In this document: positions 56,166 to 64,000 of the stretch, piece by piece
Position numbering within the stretch: the first letter of the stretch is position 1
Layout: each line of letters opens with the position of its first letter
Origin: Desulfobacterales bacterium
GTDB lineage: Bacteria; Desulfobacterota; Desulfobacteria; Desulfobacterales; SpSt-501
DNA length: 64,000 nucleotides
NCBI GenBank assembly: GCA_041736435.1
Contig: JBGSTS010000106.1
Coordinates: forward strand, 13,625 to 77,624
Direction of reading: 5' to 3'
The notes under the pieces: model-generated
The model's database searches: none
What the model was told of the DNA's origin: nothing
Seen by the model: the letters and a program-made list of their open reading frames with translations, nothing else
Position numbers and translations under genes: made by a program

Positions 56166-56879
56166 TTACGCTGTTGATTGCGCGTGTTCCCAGTACGGTT
56201 TCGCTGTGCGCGCGGTCTCCTCGGGTGCGGTGAAGGTGGTCATGTCGCCCAGCATGACCTCGAAGCCGGTGTGGTCGCTGCGCACCCAGGGGGCGTAGTT
56301 CGACCGGGCGAGGATGACGACCCGCAACTCAAGCCGGCTCGCCTCCTCCGCGATCGCCAGGATTCCCAGGTTGTAGCCGTTGCGGTTCAGGCTGCGGTAA
56401 TACCTCTGGGTGTTGAGTACGCCCTGTGCCAACCCTCTCCAGCCGTCGGCCGTCACCTGGGAAAGAGAGGTCGCTCCCGGCAAAATCCCCCAGATTTCGA
56501 AGAACCCCTCCGGCGCGAACGCCGCCAGCCACTCCCAGCCGCCGTTAGCGCCGATGGTTCGCCTGCCCTCCCGCCGCTCACGGTCCAGGTAGTCGGAGAA
56601 GAGAAGCCGGCCGGTTTTCTCGAAGTGGCCGGCTGCCCGAGCCTTTAGGAAGCGCTGGTGGTTTGCGGCGATACGATCCGCCTGGATTTGAAGGTGCGGG
56701 TGCAGGAGGGATCCGCCGGCGGAGGGCAGGTGGTTCTGGGTGATCGCCATGTAAACGGCATCGGGGTCCTGGGCGCGCACGCGCCGAAGGTACTCCGCGC
56801 AGTTCAGAAAGCTGTTGGTGTAGGACTCAACGGAGGCGGTCCCGATCTCCACGAAATGCCGGTCGTCGAACAAACTCAC
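56166..56879 (-). CDS. GalT-branch HIT-superfamily nucleotidyltransferase-like protein; appears to lack the usual N-terminal ~100 aa
   Basis: LLHPHLQIQ is the HxHxQ motif of the galactose-1-P uridylyltransferase / Ap4A-phosphorylase branch. It occurs about 60 aa from the start, versus about 165 in E. coli GalT. Confidence 0.6.
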   Translation of the reverse strand: MSLFDDRHFVEIGTASVESYTNSFLNCAEYLRRVRAQDPDAVYMAITQNHLPSAGGSLLHPHLQIQADRIAANHQRFLKARAAGHFEKTGRLLFSDYLDRERREGRRTIGANGGWEWLAAFAPEGFFEIWGILPGATSLSQVTADGWRGLAQGVLNTQRYYRSLNRNGYNLGILAIAEEASRLELRVVILARSNYAPWVRSDHTGFEVMLGDMTTFTAPEETARTAKPYWEHAQSTA

Positions 56880-56910
56880 CGCTCAAAGCAGATCACCGGG
56901 AGCCTCATTC

Positions 56911-58473
56911 CTAAATAGTGTCCGTCCAGAAATGGTGGATTTTGGTCCAGGCCAAGGCCGCAGCGATTTCGCAACCGGAGGCGTAGTTGAATCCACGCCG
57001 AGGATTGCGAAGAGCGAGAACGCCGGCATGGGCCGTAAGGCGCCGTTTGCGGAACCCGAGGCGGATCAAGGCTATGGCGTCGGGGTCGTCCTTGAGCAGA
57101 AAATAGAAGTCGCTTTTGTTGGTCAGCTTCTCGACGGAGGTAAACGGCTTGAGTTCCACCGCGAAGAGCGTGGCGGCCAGGTTCACGATGGCGGTGATCG
57201 TCTGGTTGGTGCGCTCGGCCAGGTCTAAATAGATGGCTTCCAGGGAATCGGCCAGTTTGCGGGCGGCCTGCTCGCGGAAAACCGAGAAGGTGTCCAGAAT
57301 CTCCTGGTAGAGCAGCTCCTCGAGCTCGGATTCGAGGTTTCGGCTATCGGCGCCGGAGCGGGTTTTTTCCCTGAAATGGCTTTCGATGGCGGTCAGCAGC
57401 GGGAGCACGCGCTCGCGCTTCAGCGCATTGAGGTCGCGGTCCAGGACATCGTGCATTTTACGGATCTGTCCGGTCAGGATGAAGTGGTGCTCCTCCGCGT
57501 CTTTTTCGGTCCGGCGCACGAACTTCTCGAACTGGGCGGCCTTGGCGCGCAGCTCATCAAGGCTCAGCTTGGCGGCTTCCTGCTCCAGCTGCCAGGCCAT
57601 GCTCTCATCGGAGACATAGCGCATGAGAGACGCCGCCATGGTCTGGAGAAAGGTTTTGCTCTTCTCTTTGTGCAAAAACTGGCGCAGGTGCTCCTCGAAA
57701 GCGGGCAGACCGGAGCGATCCAGTTTGTTCTTGTCTTTCTCCAGCCGCCCCTCCAACGCCAACCGGGCCGATATCGGCCAGACCGTGACGGAGCGTTTCA
57801 GGTCCTCCTGCAGGATATCGGCGGTGAACGCCAGTGCCTCGGCGAGGTCCTTCTCCCCGACCGTGTCGATCTTGTTCAGCACGAAAAACAGGTTGTCCAC
57901 GTAGCCTCGGACCTCCTTGAGAAAGCGGTGCTCCGAGGCGCTCAGCGGCGGGTCCGCGGTGACCACGAAGATGCCGGCGTCGACATTGGGCAGATAGGCA
58001 TACGCCACCTCCGTGTTGTGGTCGAAGACCGAGCCCACCCCGGGGGTGTCGATGATCCGGACCCCGTCCTTAAGGTGCGGGCACGGGTAGAACACCTCCA
58101 CCTCTTTGACATTCAGCCGGTTTTTGGGGTTTGCCTTTTCGGTCACATAGCGGTGGATTTCGGAGATGCCGGTCTCTTCACTGTGCCCATCCAGGAAGTG
58201 GACCACGCTTTTGGGCTGGGGCCCGAAGCAGAGCAGGGTGACGATCGAGGTGAGCGGCACGATGGCGGTGGGGACGATTTCTGTTCCCAGCAGGGCATTG
58301 ATGAAGGTGGACTTGCCCCGCTTGAACTGCCCCATGACCACCAGGTTGAATTGCTGCTGAACGAGCTTCTCCTGCAGCTCCTGCAACCGCCGGCTCCCAT
58401 CGAGGTCTCGGCCCGAAAGCTCCCCGATCACTGCGAGCAGCCCGTCCTTGATCGATGTGTAGTCTGAAGCCAT
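56911..58473 (-). CDS. Bacterial dynamin-like GTPase
   Basis: G1 GQFKRGKSTFINALLG, G3 DTPGVGS, G4 LNKID, then a long helical stalk. The last ~47 codons are antisense to repeat A6, so the native C-terminus is doubtful. Confidence 0.8.
   Translation of the reverse strand: MASDYTSIKDGLLAVIGELSGRDLDGSRRLQELQEKLVQQQFNLVVMGQFKRGKSTFINALLGTEIVPTAIVPLTSIVTLLCFGPQPKSVVHFLDGHSEETGISEIHRYVTEKANPKNRLNVKEVEVFYPCPHLKDGVRIIDTPGVGSVFDHNTEVAYAYLPNVDAGIFVVTADPPLSASEHRFLKEVRGYVDNLFFVLNKIDTVGEKDLAEALAFTADILQEDLKRSVTVWPISARLALEGRLEKDKNKLDRSGLPAFEEHLRQFLHKEKSKTFLQTMAASLMRYVSDESMAWQLEQEAAKLSLDELRAKAAQFEKFVRRTEKDAEEHHFILTGQIRKMHDVLDRDLNALKRERVLPLLTAIESHFREKTRSGADSRNLESELEELLYQEILDTFSVFREQAARKLADSLEAIYLDLAERTNQTITAIVNLAATLFAVELKPFTSVEKLTNKSDFYFLLKDDPDAIALIRLGFRKRRLTAHAGVLALRNPRRGFNYASGCEIAAALAWTKIHHFWTDTI
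56916..57048 (+). repeat. Family-A structured repeat, copy A6 (3' arm missing), embedded in the 3' end of the dynamin-like ORF
   Basis: TAGTGTCCGTCC AGAAATGGTGGATTTTGGTCCAGGCCAAGGCCGCAGCGATTTCGCAACCGGAGGCGTAG...CGCCGAGGATTGCGAAGAGCGAGAACGCCGGCATGGGCCGTAAGGCGCCGTTTGC, after which homology is lost. Confidence 0.8.
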
Positions 58474-58695
58474 TCCTAAACCTCCCTAAAAAAATGACCT
58501 CTACCGAGAGCACAACGCTCAAAGCAGAGGTCATCATCCCACTCTTTAAGGTGTATGGGCGGTTGCGGCTGACCTCATAGCCCGCAGAATCAATCATACC
58601 CTTTCCGAGCCCTCACCGAGTGTCAAGACATTCAGATTTCGGCGCTCGACCGACCTAAGGCTTTCGGCTCAAATAAAATGTTATTAAAATCCGTG

Positions 58696-58725
58696 TTGAC
58701 TTGTAACTACTGTTACATTTAAACT
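58696..58725 (+). promoter_or_regulatory. Putative promoter with embedded GTAAC-N4-GTTAC palindrome upstream of the ChrB_N gene
   Basis: TTGACT (58696-58701), spacer containing TGTAACtactGTTACA, TAAACT at 58720-58725. The ATG at 58733 has no Shine-Dalgarno sequence, so the transcript may be near-leaderless. Confidence 0.25.
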
Positions 58726-58732
58726 TAAAGTC

Positions 58733-59275
58733 ATGGAAATCACAACATGGCTACTTTTCACCTATAAGGTTCCCCCGGAACCGGCCCGCAAGAGAGTCGC
58801 TCTGTGGCGGCGGCTTAAAAGCATGGGCGCGGTGTACCTGCAGAACGGGGTTTGCCTTCTCCCCAGAATTGGCGACCATGCGCGCCGCCTGAAGATTCTG
58901 CAGAACGACGTCGCCGAAATGGGGGGCGAATCGGTGATCCTGGAAACGGCGGCGCTCGACCGTCCCCAAAAGGAAAAGGTCATCTCCCGCTTCATGGCGG
59001 ACCGCAAAGAGCAATACCGCGAGTTCATCTCCAAATGTGAGGACTTTGAAGCCGAGATCGCAAAAGAGACGAAAGCGCGCCACTTCAGCTATGCCGAAAT
59101 CGAGGAAAACGAGGTGGACCTGAAAAAGCTCGAAGCCTGGCTGGCCAAGATCCGAAAACTGGATTTTTACGGGGCGACCCTGGCGGGTGAGGCTCAAAAA
59201 CGCCTGCGGGGCTGCGAGGCTTTGCTTGAAACCTACGCCCAACGGGTTTTCGAGGTGCATGATGGCAACCACTGA
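58733..59275 (+). CDS. ChrB N-terminal-domain protein (putative regulator)
   Basis: TWLLFTYKVPPEPARKRVALWRRLKSMGAVYLQNGVCLLP matches the ChrB_N pattern. Confidence 0.7.
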   Translation: MEITTWLLFTYKVPPEPARKRVALWRRLKSMGAVYLQNGVCLLPRIGDHARRLKILQNDVAEMGGESVILETAALDRPQKEKVISRFMADRKEQYREFISKCEDFEAEIAKETKARHFSYAEIEENEVDLKKLEAWLAKIRKLDFYGATLAGEAQKRLRGCEALLETYAQRVFEVHDGNH

Positions 59276-60524
59276 AAAAGTGACGGCCGTCGCAAGCCAA
59301 AATCAGAGGATGGAACCCCAAAAATGGCTGAATCGAACGGTTGCCGGTGCCGGCCTGACCAGTGCGCTAGGGGACTTCTGCTACGAAACCACCACCGTCA
59401 TCCTGCCCGGTTTCCTGGCCGTGCTGGGGATCCCGGCGGTGGTTCTGGGGATTATCGAGGGCGTTGCCGATGCCATCGCCAGTTTCACGAAGATGATCTC
59501 GGGGTACATCGCCGGCAAACTCGGTCATAGGAAGCTGCTGGTGGTGGTCGGCTACGGGCTGACCCCGCTCGGACAGGTTCTGATCGCGATGGCGGCCGGC
59601 TGGCCGCTGCTGCTGGCAGGCCGGGTGGTCTCCTGGTTCGGCAAGGGGCTTCGCGGCCCGCTGCGGGACGCGATCGTCACCCAAGCCATCCGCCCCGAAA
59701 CGCGCGGGAGGGCGTTCGGTTTTCATCGGGCGATGGACACGGTGGGGGCGGTCGTCGGCCCCCTGCTGGGCGTTGCGCTCCTCGGTTGGGCGCAGGGGCG
59801 GTCCTTGGAAGATCCCGACGGGCCGTTTCGCCTTGTCCTGTGGCTCGCCGTTGTCCCCGGGGCGCTGGCCGTCTTGGCCTTCCTGACGCTGGTGCAGGAC
59901 CCCGAGCACTCCCCGAACCCGGCCCTGAAATTCTTCCGGGCCCTGAAAGGGCTGCCGTCGCGGTTCAAACGCTATTTGAGCGCCGTGGGCCTTTTCGGCG
60001 TCGGCGATTTTTCGCACTCCTTGCTCATCCTGGCAGCCACCCAGCTGCTTACGGCTCAGATGGGCGTGGTCCGGGCCGCCCAGGTGGCGGGCATGCTCTA
60101 TGTGTTACGCAACATCGTGCAGGTCGCCTTGTCCTATCCGGTCGGCGTGCTGGCGGATCGCCTCGGATCGCTGCCGGTCCTGATGGCCGGCTACGTGCTG
60201 GGTGTCCTGACGGCCGTCATGACCGCGCTCGCCTTCTGGTTCGGCATCGACAGTGTGTTTGCCTTAAGTGCGATTTTTTCTATCGCCGGCTTGTACACGG
60301 CCGTGCAGGAGGCGCTGGAGTCGACTGTGACCGCCGGGATGGTGAGTGGGGAGATGCTCGCCATGAGCTTCGGCGCGCTCGGCACGGTGAACGGCACCGG
60401 CAAACTCGTCTCCAGCAGCCTGGTGGGTGTGCTGTGGACGGTTGTCTCGCCCGTCTTCGGCTTCGGCCTGGCCGCATTGCTGATGGCCGCCGGCACGCTT
60501 GGCTTGGCGCGGGTGCGAAGGTAA
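59259..60524 (+). CDS. MFS transporter
   Basis: About 12 TM segments. GKLGHRKLLVVVGY resembles MFS motif A. Overlaps the end of the ChrB_N gene. Confidence 0.85.
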   Translation: MMATTEKVTAVASQNQRMEPQKWLNRTVAGAGLTSALGDFCYETTTVILPGFLAVLGIPAVVLGIIEGVADAIASFTKMISGYIAGKLGHRKLLVVVGYGLTPLGQVLIAMAAGWPLLLAGRVVSWFGKGLRGPLRDAIVTQAIRPETRGRAFGFHRAMDTVGAVVGPLLGVALLGWAQGRSLEDPDGPFRLVLWLAVVPGALAVLAFLTLVQDPEHSPNPALKFFRALKGLPSRFKRYLSAVGLFGVGDFSHSLLILAATQLLTAQMGVVRAAQVAGMLYVLRNIVQVALSYPVGVLADRLGSLPVLMAGYVLGVLTAVMTALAFWFGIDSVFALSAIFSIAGLYTAVQEALESTVTAGMVSGEMLAMSFGALGTVNGTGKLVSSSLVGVLWTVVSPVFGFGLAALLMAAGTLGLARVRR

Positions 60525-60546
60525 CAGCAGGCCCTAACGGTGCCCC

Positions 60547-60942
60547 ATGGCATTCGAAGGATGGAAAGCAAAGGCCCGCAAGTTAAAGTTGGAAGTGCAC
60601 GCGCTCTATCTTGCCTCCAAAGACCGACGGGTTCCCTGGCATGCGCGGGTGCTGGCGGTCGTGGTGGTGGCCTATGCCTTTAGCCCGATCGACCTGATTC
60701 CCGACCCCATTCCGGTGCTCGGCTACCTGGATGACCTGATTCTCATTCCCCTTGGAATCGCCCTGGTGATCAAGCTGGTACCGGCCGACGTCCTGCGGGA
60801 GTGCCGCGAGAAAGCCGCTTCGGCCCGGACGGAGGGTAAGCCCAGGAACTGGGTTGCAGGCGGGATCATTATCCTGATCTGGCTGGGCATATTCGGGTTC
60901 ACTTTCTATTATTTGAGTGCTATGTTCTCCGCCTCTGACTGA
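60547..60942 (+). CDS. YkvA/DUF1232 membrane protein
   Basis: YAFSPIDLIPDPIPVLGYLDDLILIP. Confidence 0.85.
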   Translation: MAFEGWKAKARKLKLEVHALYLASKDRRVPWHARVLAVVVVAYAFSPIDLIPDPIPVLGYLDDLILIPLGIALVIKLVPADVLRECREKAASARTEGKPRNWVAGGIIILIWLGIFGFTFYYLSAMFSASD

Positions 60943-61060
60943 GCTGCCGGATTTTCGGCAGACCAGCGAGGGGATGGAGTCCCCCCTACAACCGCCCATC
61001 TTGGGCTGATGACTCCTGCCGTGCCCCCATCCCGCGGCGGAGCCGTCTGCCCTCGACGAT

Positions 61061-61084
61061 GCCCGCCGCCAGGCGGGCTTTTTT
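61061..61084 (+). terminator. Rho-independent terminator
   Basis: GCCCGCC-GCCA-GGCGGGC followed by TTTTTT. Confidence 0.7.
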
Positions 61085-61124
61085 GTGCAGATCCCGATTA
61101 ACTTTTTGAAAGGAGTTTTCCGAC

Positions 61125-62345
61125 ATGGAGCAGTTCTTCGCCACCGCCGCCGTCTGGTTGTCGCTTGCCGTCCTCTCCTCGGTCATCGCCTACCACCTGC
61201 GCATTTCAATCGCCCTGATCGAGATCTGCGTCGGTGTGGCTGCGACCGCAGCGGCCACCTACCTGGGGATGTTCGAGGCGTTGGGCGCAAACGAGGAGTG
61301 GCTTCGGTTTCTGGCCTCCTCCGGGGCGGTGCTGCTCACCTTCCTGGCGGGCGCGGAGCTCGAGCCCGAGGTGATCCGCAGGAAATGGAAGGAGGTGAGC
61401 CTGGTGGGGGTCGTTGGCTTCCTGGCGCCTTTTTTCGGCTGCGCGGCCCTGGCCTATTTTGTTCTTGGGTGGGACCCGCGCGCAAGCTGGCTCGGCGGGA
61501 TCGCTCTCTCCACGACCTCGATGGCGGTGGTTTACGCGGTGATGCTGGAGACCGGCTTCAACCGCACCGATTACGGCAAGGGGATCCTGGGAGCCTGCTT
61601 CATCAACGATCTGGGCACCGTCCTGGCGCTGGGGCTCATCTTCGCCCCGTTCACTTACAAGACCATCATTTTTTTGGTTGTGACCGTAGCGGTCCTCGGC
61701 CTGCTGCCGTTTTTAACGAAGCTGCTGACCCGGCGCTACGCCCACCGCACGGCGGCCATCCGCACCAAGTGGCTGCTGCTGGTCCTGATGGGGCTGGGCG
61801 CGCTGGCGCTCTGGTCCGGGAGCGAGGCGGTCCTGCCGGCCTATATCGCCGGCATGATTTTGGCCGGCAGCGCGGCGCAGGATGCGTTCTGGGTGCGCCG
61901 GATCCGAACGCTCACCGTCGGCTTTCTCACCCCCTTCTATTTTCTGAGGGCCGGGACCCTGGTCTCCTTGCCGTCGCTGGTGACCGCCCCACTGGTCTTG
62001 ATCGCCCTTTTGGCAGGCAAGGTAGCCTCCAAGATTTTCGGTCTTTTTCCGATCATTGCGATCTTCCGCCGCGAGCGCAATGAACGCTGGTACTACACCC
62101 TGCTGATGTCCACCGGCCTGACCTTCGGCACTATCTCCGCCCTCTACGGGTATTCGAACGGGATCGTGACCCAGGAGCAATATTCGTTCCTGGTGACGGC
62201 GGTGATCGCCAGCGCCGTCATCCCCACCCTGATCGCCGGCATCGCCTTTCTGCCCCGCCACCTGCTGCCGCCTCCTGCCCCCGAAACGCGGCAGACCAAA
62301 GTAGCCGGCCCCGAGCCTCAAAACGGAGGGTTGGCCGAGGAGTGA
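61125..62345 (+). CDS. Cation:proton antiporter (CPA1/CPA2, Na+/H+-exchanger family)
   Basis: 406 aa with about 11-12 TM segments. FLAGAELE and STTSMAVV motifs. Confidence 0.85.
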   Translation: MEQFFATAAVWLSLAVLSSVIAYHLRISIALIEICVGVAATAAATYLGMFEALGANEEWLRFLASSGAVLLTFLAGAELEPEVIRRKWKEVSLVGVVGFLAPFFGCAALAYFVLGWDPRASWLGGIALSTTSMAVVYAVMLETGFNRTDYGKGILGACFINDLGTVLALGLIFAPFTYKTIIFLVVTVAVLGLLPFLTKLLTRRYAHRTAAIRTKWLLLVLMGLGALALWSGSEAVLPAYIAGMILAGSAAQDAFWVRRIRTLTVGFLTPFYFLRAGTLVSLPSLVTAPLVLIALLAGKVASKIFGLFPIIAIFRRERNERWYYTLLMSTGLTFGTISALYGYSNGIVTQEQYSFLVTAVIASAVIPTLIAGIAFLPRHLLPPPAPETRQTKVAGPEPQNGGLAEE

Positions 62346-62439
62346 AAAACAGCAACCCCGGCGGCCGGCCCCTTTTAAACCGGAGGTGACGCGGTTATAT
62401 TGGTAGTCAAAAACCCTATCAGCCGGGGGGGATCCATCA

Positions 62440-63462
62440 ATGGACACCGTGACGCAAATCGGGTTGGGCGCCGCTGTCGGTGAAGCGGTTCTGGGGCGCC
62501 GGATCGGCCGCCGCGCCATGCTCTGGGGCGGCATCGGCGGACTGCTGCCCGACCTGGACATACTGGTGCCGCTGGGGGATGCCGTCCGAAACGTCACCTA
62601 TCATCGCGGACCCAGCCACTCGCTCTTCGTTCTGGCGGCCCTTACCCCTTTTATGGTTTTTCTGATCCTGAAGATCCACCCCCAGACCGCCGTCTACCGG
62701 GCGCGCTGGCTCTGGTTGGTGTTTCTCGCCTTCGTTACACACGTGCTCCTGGACTGCCTGACCGTCTACGGCACTCAAATTTTCTGGCCGCTCTCCACTC
62801 CGCCGGTGATGTGGTCGACCCTCTTCATCATCGACCCGGCCTATTCGCTGCCGCTTCTGGCAGGCGTCATGGCGGCGCTCGTCATGTCCCGCAGCACGGG
62901 CCGGGGTCACCATCTCAATTCGATTTGCCTCGCCCTCAGCACACTTTACATCCTCTGGAGCATCGGGGCCAAGCTCCATGTGGAGCAGGTGGCGCGTTAC
63001 TCCTTGCGGCAGCAAGGCATCGCCCATAGCGCCTTGCTGACGACCCCGACGGCGTTCAACACCCTCCTGTGGCGCGTTTTGGCCATGGGTGATGACGGCT
63101 ACTATGAGGGCTATTATTCGCTTGTGGATGGAAACCGGGGAGTCAAGTTGATGCGCTACCCCGCCAACCGGAACCTTTTGGCGGGCCTGGAGGAGCACTG
63201 GCCGGTCAAGCGGTTGCAGTGGTTTACCCACGGGTTCTACGCCGTGGAGCGAGTCGGCGATGGGATTGTCATGACCGACCTGCGCATGGGCATGGAGCCC
63301 GATTACACCTTCCGCTTCCGGGTGGCTTCAGCGGGCAACCCGCATCCGGTGCCGGCTGCGCCGCTTCGCGTCAGGGAACCTCGTAACTTTGCGGTGCTGG
63401 ACTGGGTCTGGCAGCGAATTTGGACCGATTCGGCGGGTGTCTCTCCCCCAGACGCGGCATAA
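62440..63462 (+). CDS. Membrane-bound metal-dependent hydrolase (YdjM/DUF457 family)
   Basis: MDTVTQIGLGAAVGEA...LLPDLDIL...HRGPSHSL...HVLLD. Confidence 0.8.
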   Translation: MDTVTQIGLGAAVGEAVLGRRIGRRAMLWGGIGGLLPDLDILVPLGDAVRNVTYHRGPSHSLFVLAALTPFMVFLILKIHPQTAVYRARWLWLVFLAFVTHVLLDCLTVYGTQIFWPLSTPPVMWSTLFIIDPAYSLPLLAGVMAALVMSRSTGRGHHLNSICLALSTLYILWSIGAKLHVEQVARYSLRQQGIAHSALLTTPTAFNTLLWRVLAMGDDGYYEGYYSLVDGNRGVKLMRYPANRNLLAGLEEHWPVKRLQWFTHGFYAVERVGDGIVMTDLRMGMEPDYTFRFRVASAGNPHPVPAAPLRVREPRNFAVLDWVWQRIWTDSAGVSPPDAA

Positions 63463-63496
63463 CGCCTCCTGCTATGAGGAACGACAGGGGCGTTGC

Positions 63497-64000
63497 TTAG
63501 CCGAGCGCCAGGGCGATGATGCCGGCGACGATCGCTAGAGCCGCGGGAACGCGGCGTCGGGCCTCTTCCTCCAGCAGCCAGCGGGTGCCCATGACGGTGC
63601 CGATCAGGATGCTGACCTCCCGCGCCGGGGCGATGTAGCTGACCGGGGTGGTCACCAGCGCGGTGAGCACGAGAATGTAGGAGAGGGGGCAGAGGGCTCC
63701 CACGGCGATGATCGAATTGCGTTTCTCGCGCCATTGCCGCCGCACTTCAGCCCATTTTTTCAAGGCGATGGGGCTGAGCAACAGGACGCGGCCGGCGTCG
63801 ATCGCCCAGACCAGAATCAGCGGGGGGATCAAGTAGGTGCTCACGGCAAGTTTGTCCCAGAGGGTGTACATGGCGATGACCGAACCGGTGAGCAGCCCAA
63901 AGACAATCGCCGGCCGGCGGTTTTCCCCAGGTCCGGCCGACCCGCCGGCCAGGGCGAACACACCAACCGCCACCATGATCCCTCCTGCGACCGCGAGCGC
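63497..64000 (-). CDS. DMT/EamA-family transporter, 5'-partial (continues beyond the right edge)
   Basis: The frame is open from the stop at 63497 to the window end (ALAVAGGI precedes the track's Met). Consists of hydrophobic EamA-like helices. Confidence 0.7.
   Translation of the reverse strand, partial: ALAVAGGIMVAVGVFALAGGSAGPGENRRPAIVFGLLTGSVIAMYTLWDKLAVSTYLIPPLILVWAIDAGRVLLLSPIALKKWAEVRRQWREKRNSIIAVGALCPLSYILVLTALVTTPVSYIAPAREVSILIGTVMGTRWLLEEEARRRVPAALAIVAGIIALALG

Overview
GC-rich chromosomal segment. By inference only (gene content, selenoprotein usage, repeat style) it looks like a Desulfobacterota / deltaproteobacterial genome. Nothing here was computed or database-searched: all calls rest on reading the ORF track and the DNA by eye.

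Layout, left to right:
- Right-hand end of an integrated element (HTH/excisionase plus tyrosine integrase) abutting the 3' end of ssrA (tmRNA).
- smpB-ptsI-ptsH.
- A GAF/PAS-LuxR regulator.
- A phosphate block: phnCD, pstC-pstA-pstS-pstB, phoR-phoB.
- A metal-type permease.
- A DctPQM TRAP transporter, divergent from a ygeW/ygeY module that also carries two PLP enzymes.
- rplU-rpmA-obg-proB-proA, then nadD-rsfS.
- ycbK/ycbB-like peptidoglycan genes.
- A polyprenyl-phosphate sugar / YdjC deacetylase / GT-C glycolipid-modification cluster.
- pckG.
- A racemase + TAXI-TRAP + HcnABC/opine-oxidase-like dehydrogenase cluster.
- A visibly lower-GC AbiEi/AbiEii pair next to a dynamin-like GTPase + GalT/HIT-like unit.
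- ChrB_N-MFS, then assorted transporters.

Main points worth a second look:
1. Two in-frame UGA codons sit exactly at conserved Cys positions. One is in a glutaredoxin-like ORF. The other is in the CSC motif of a COG0701 permease, which the ORF track splits in two. Both are candidate selenoproteins.
2. A ~146-nt long-hairpin intergenic repeat occurs in six copies, and the differences between copies are compensatory.
3. A second, possibly related, palindromic repeat family occurs in three copies.
4. One repeat copy encodes the C-terminus of the dynamin-like ORF.

No CRISPR array, rRNA or tRNA gene was seen.
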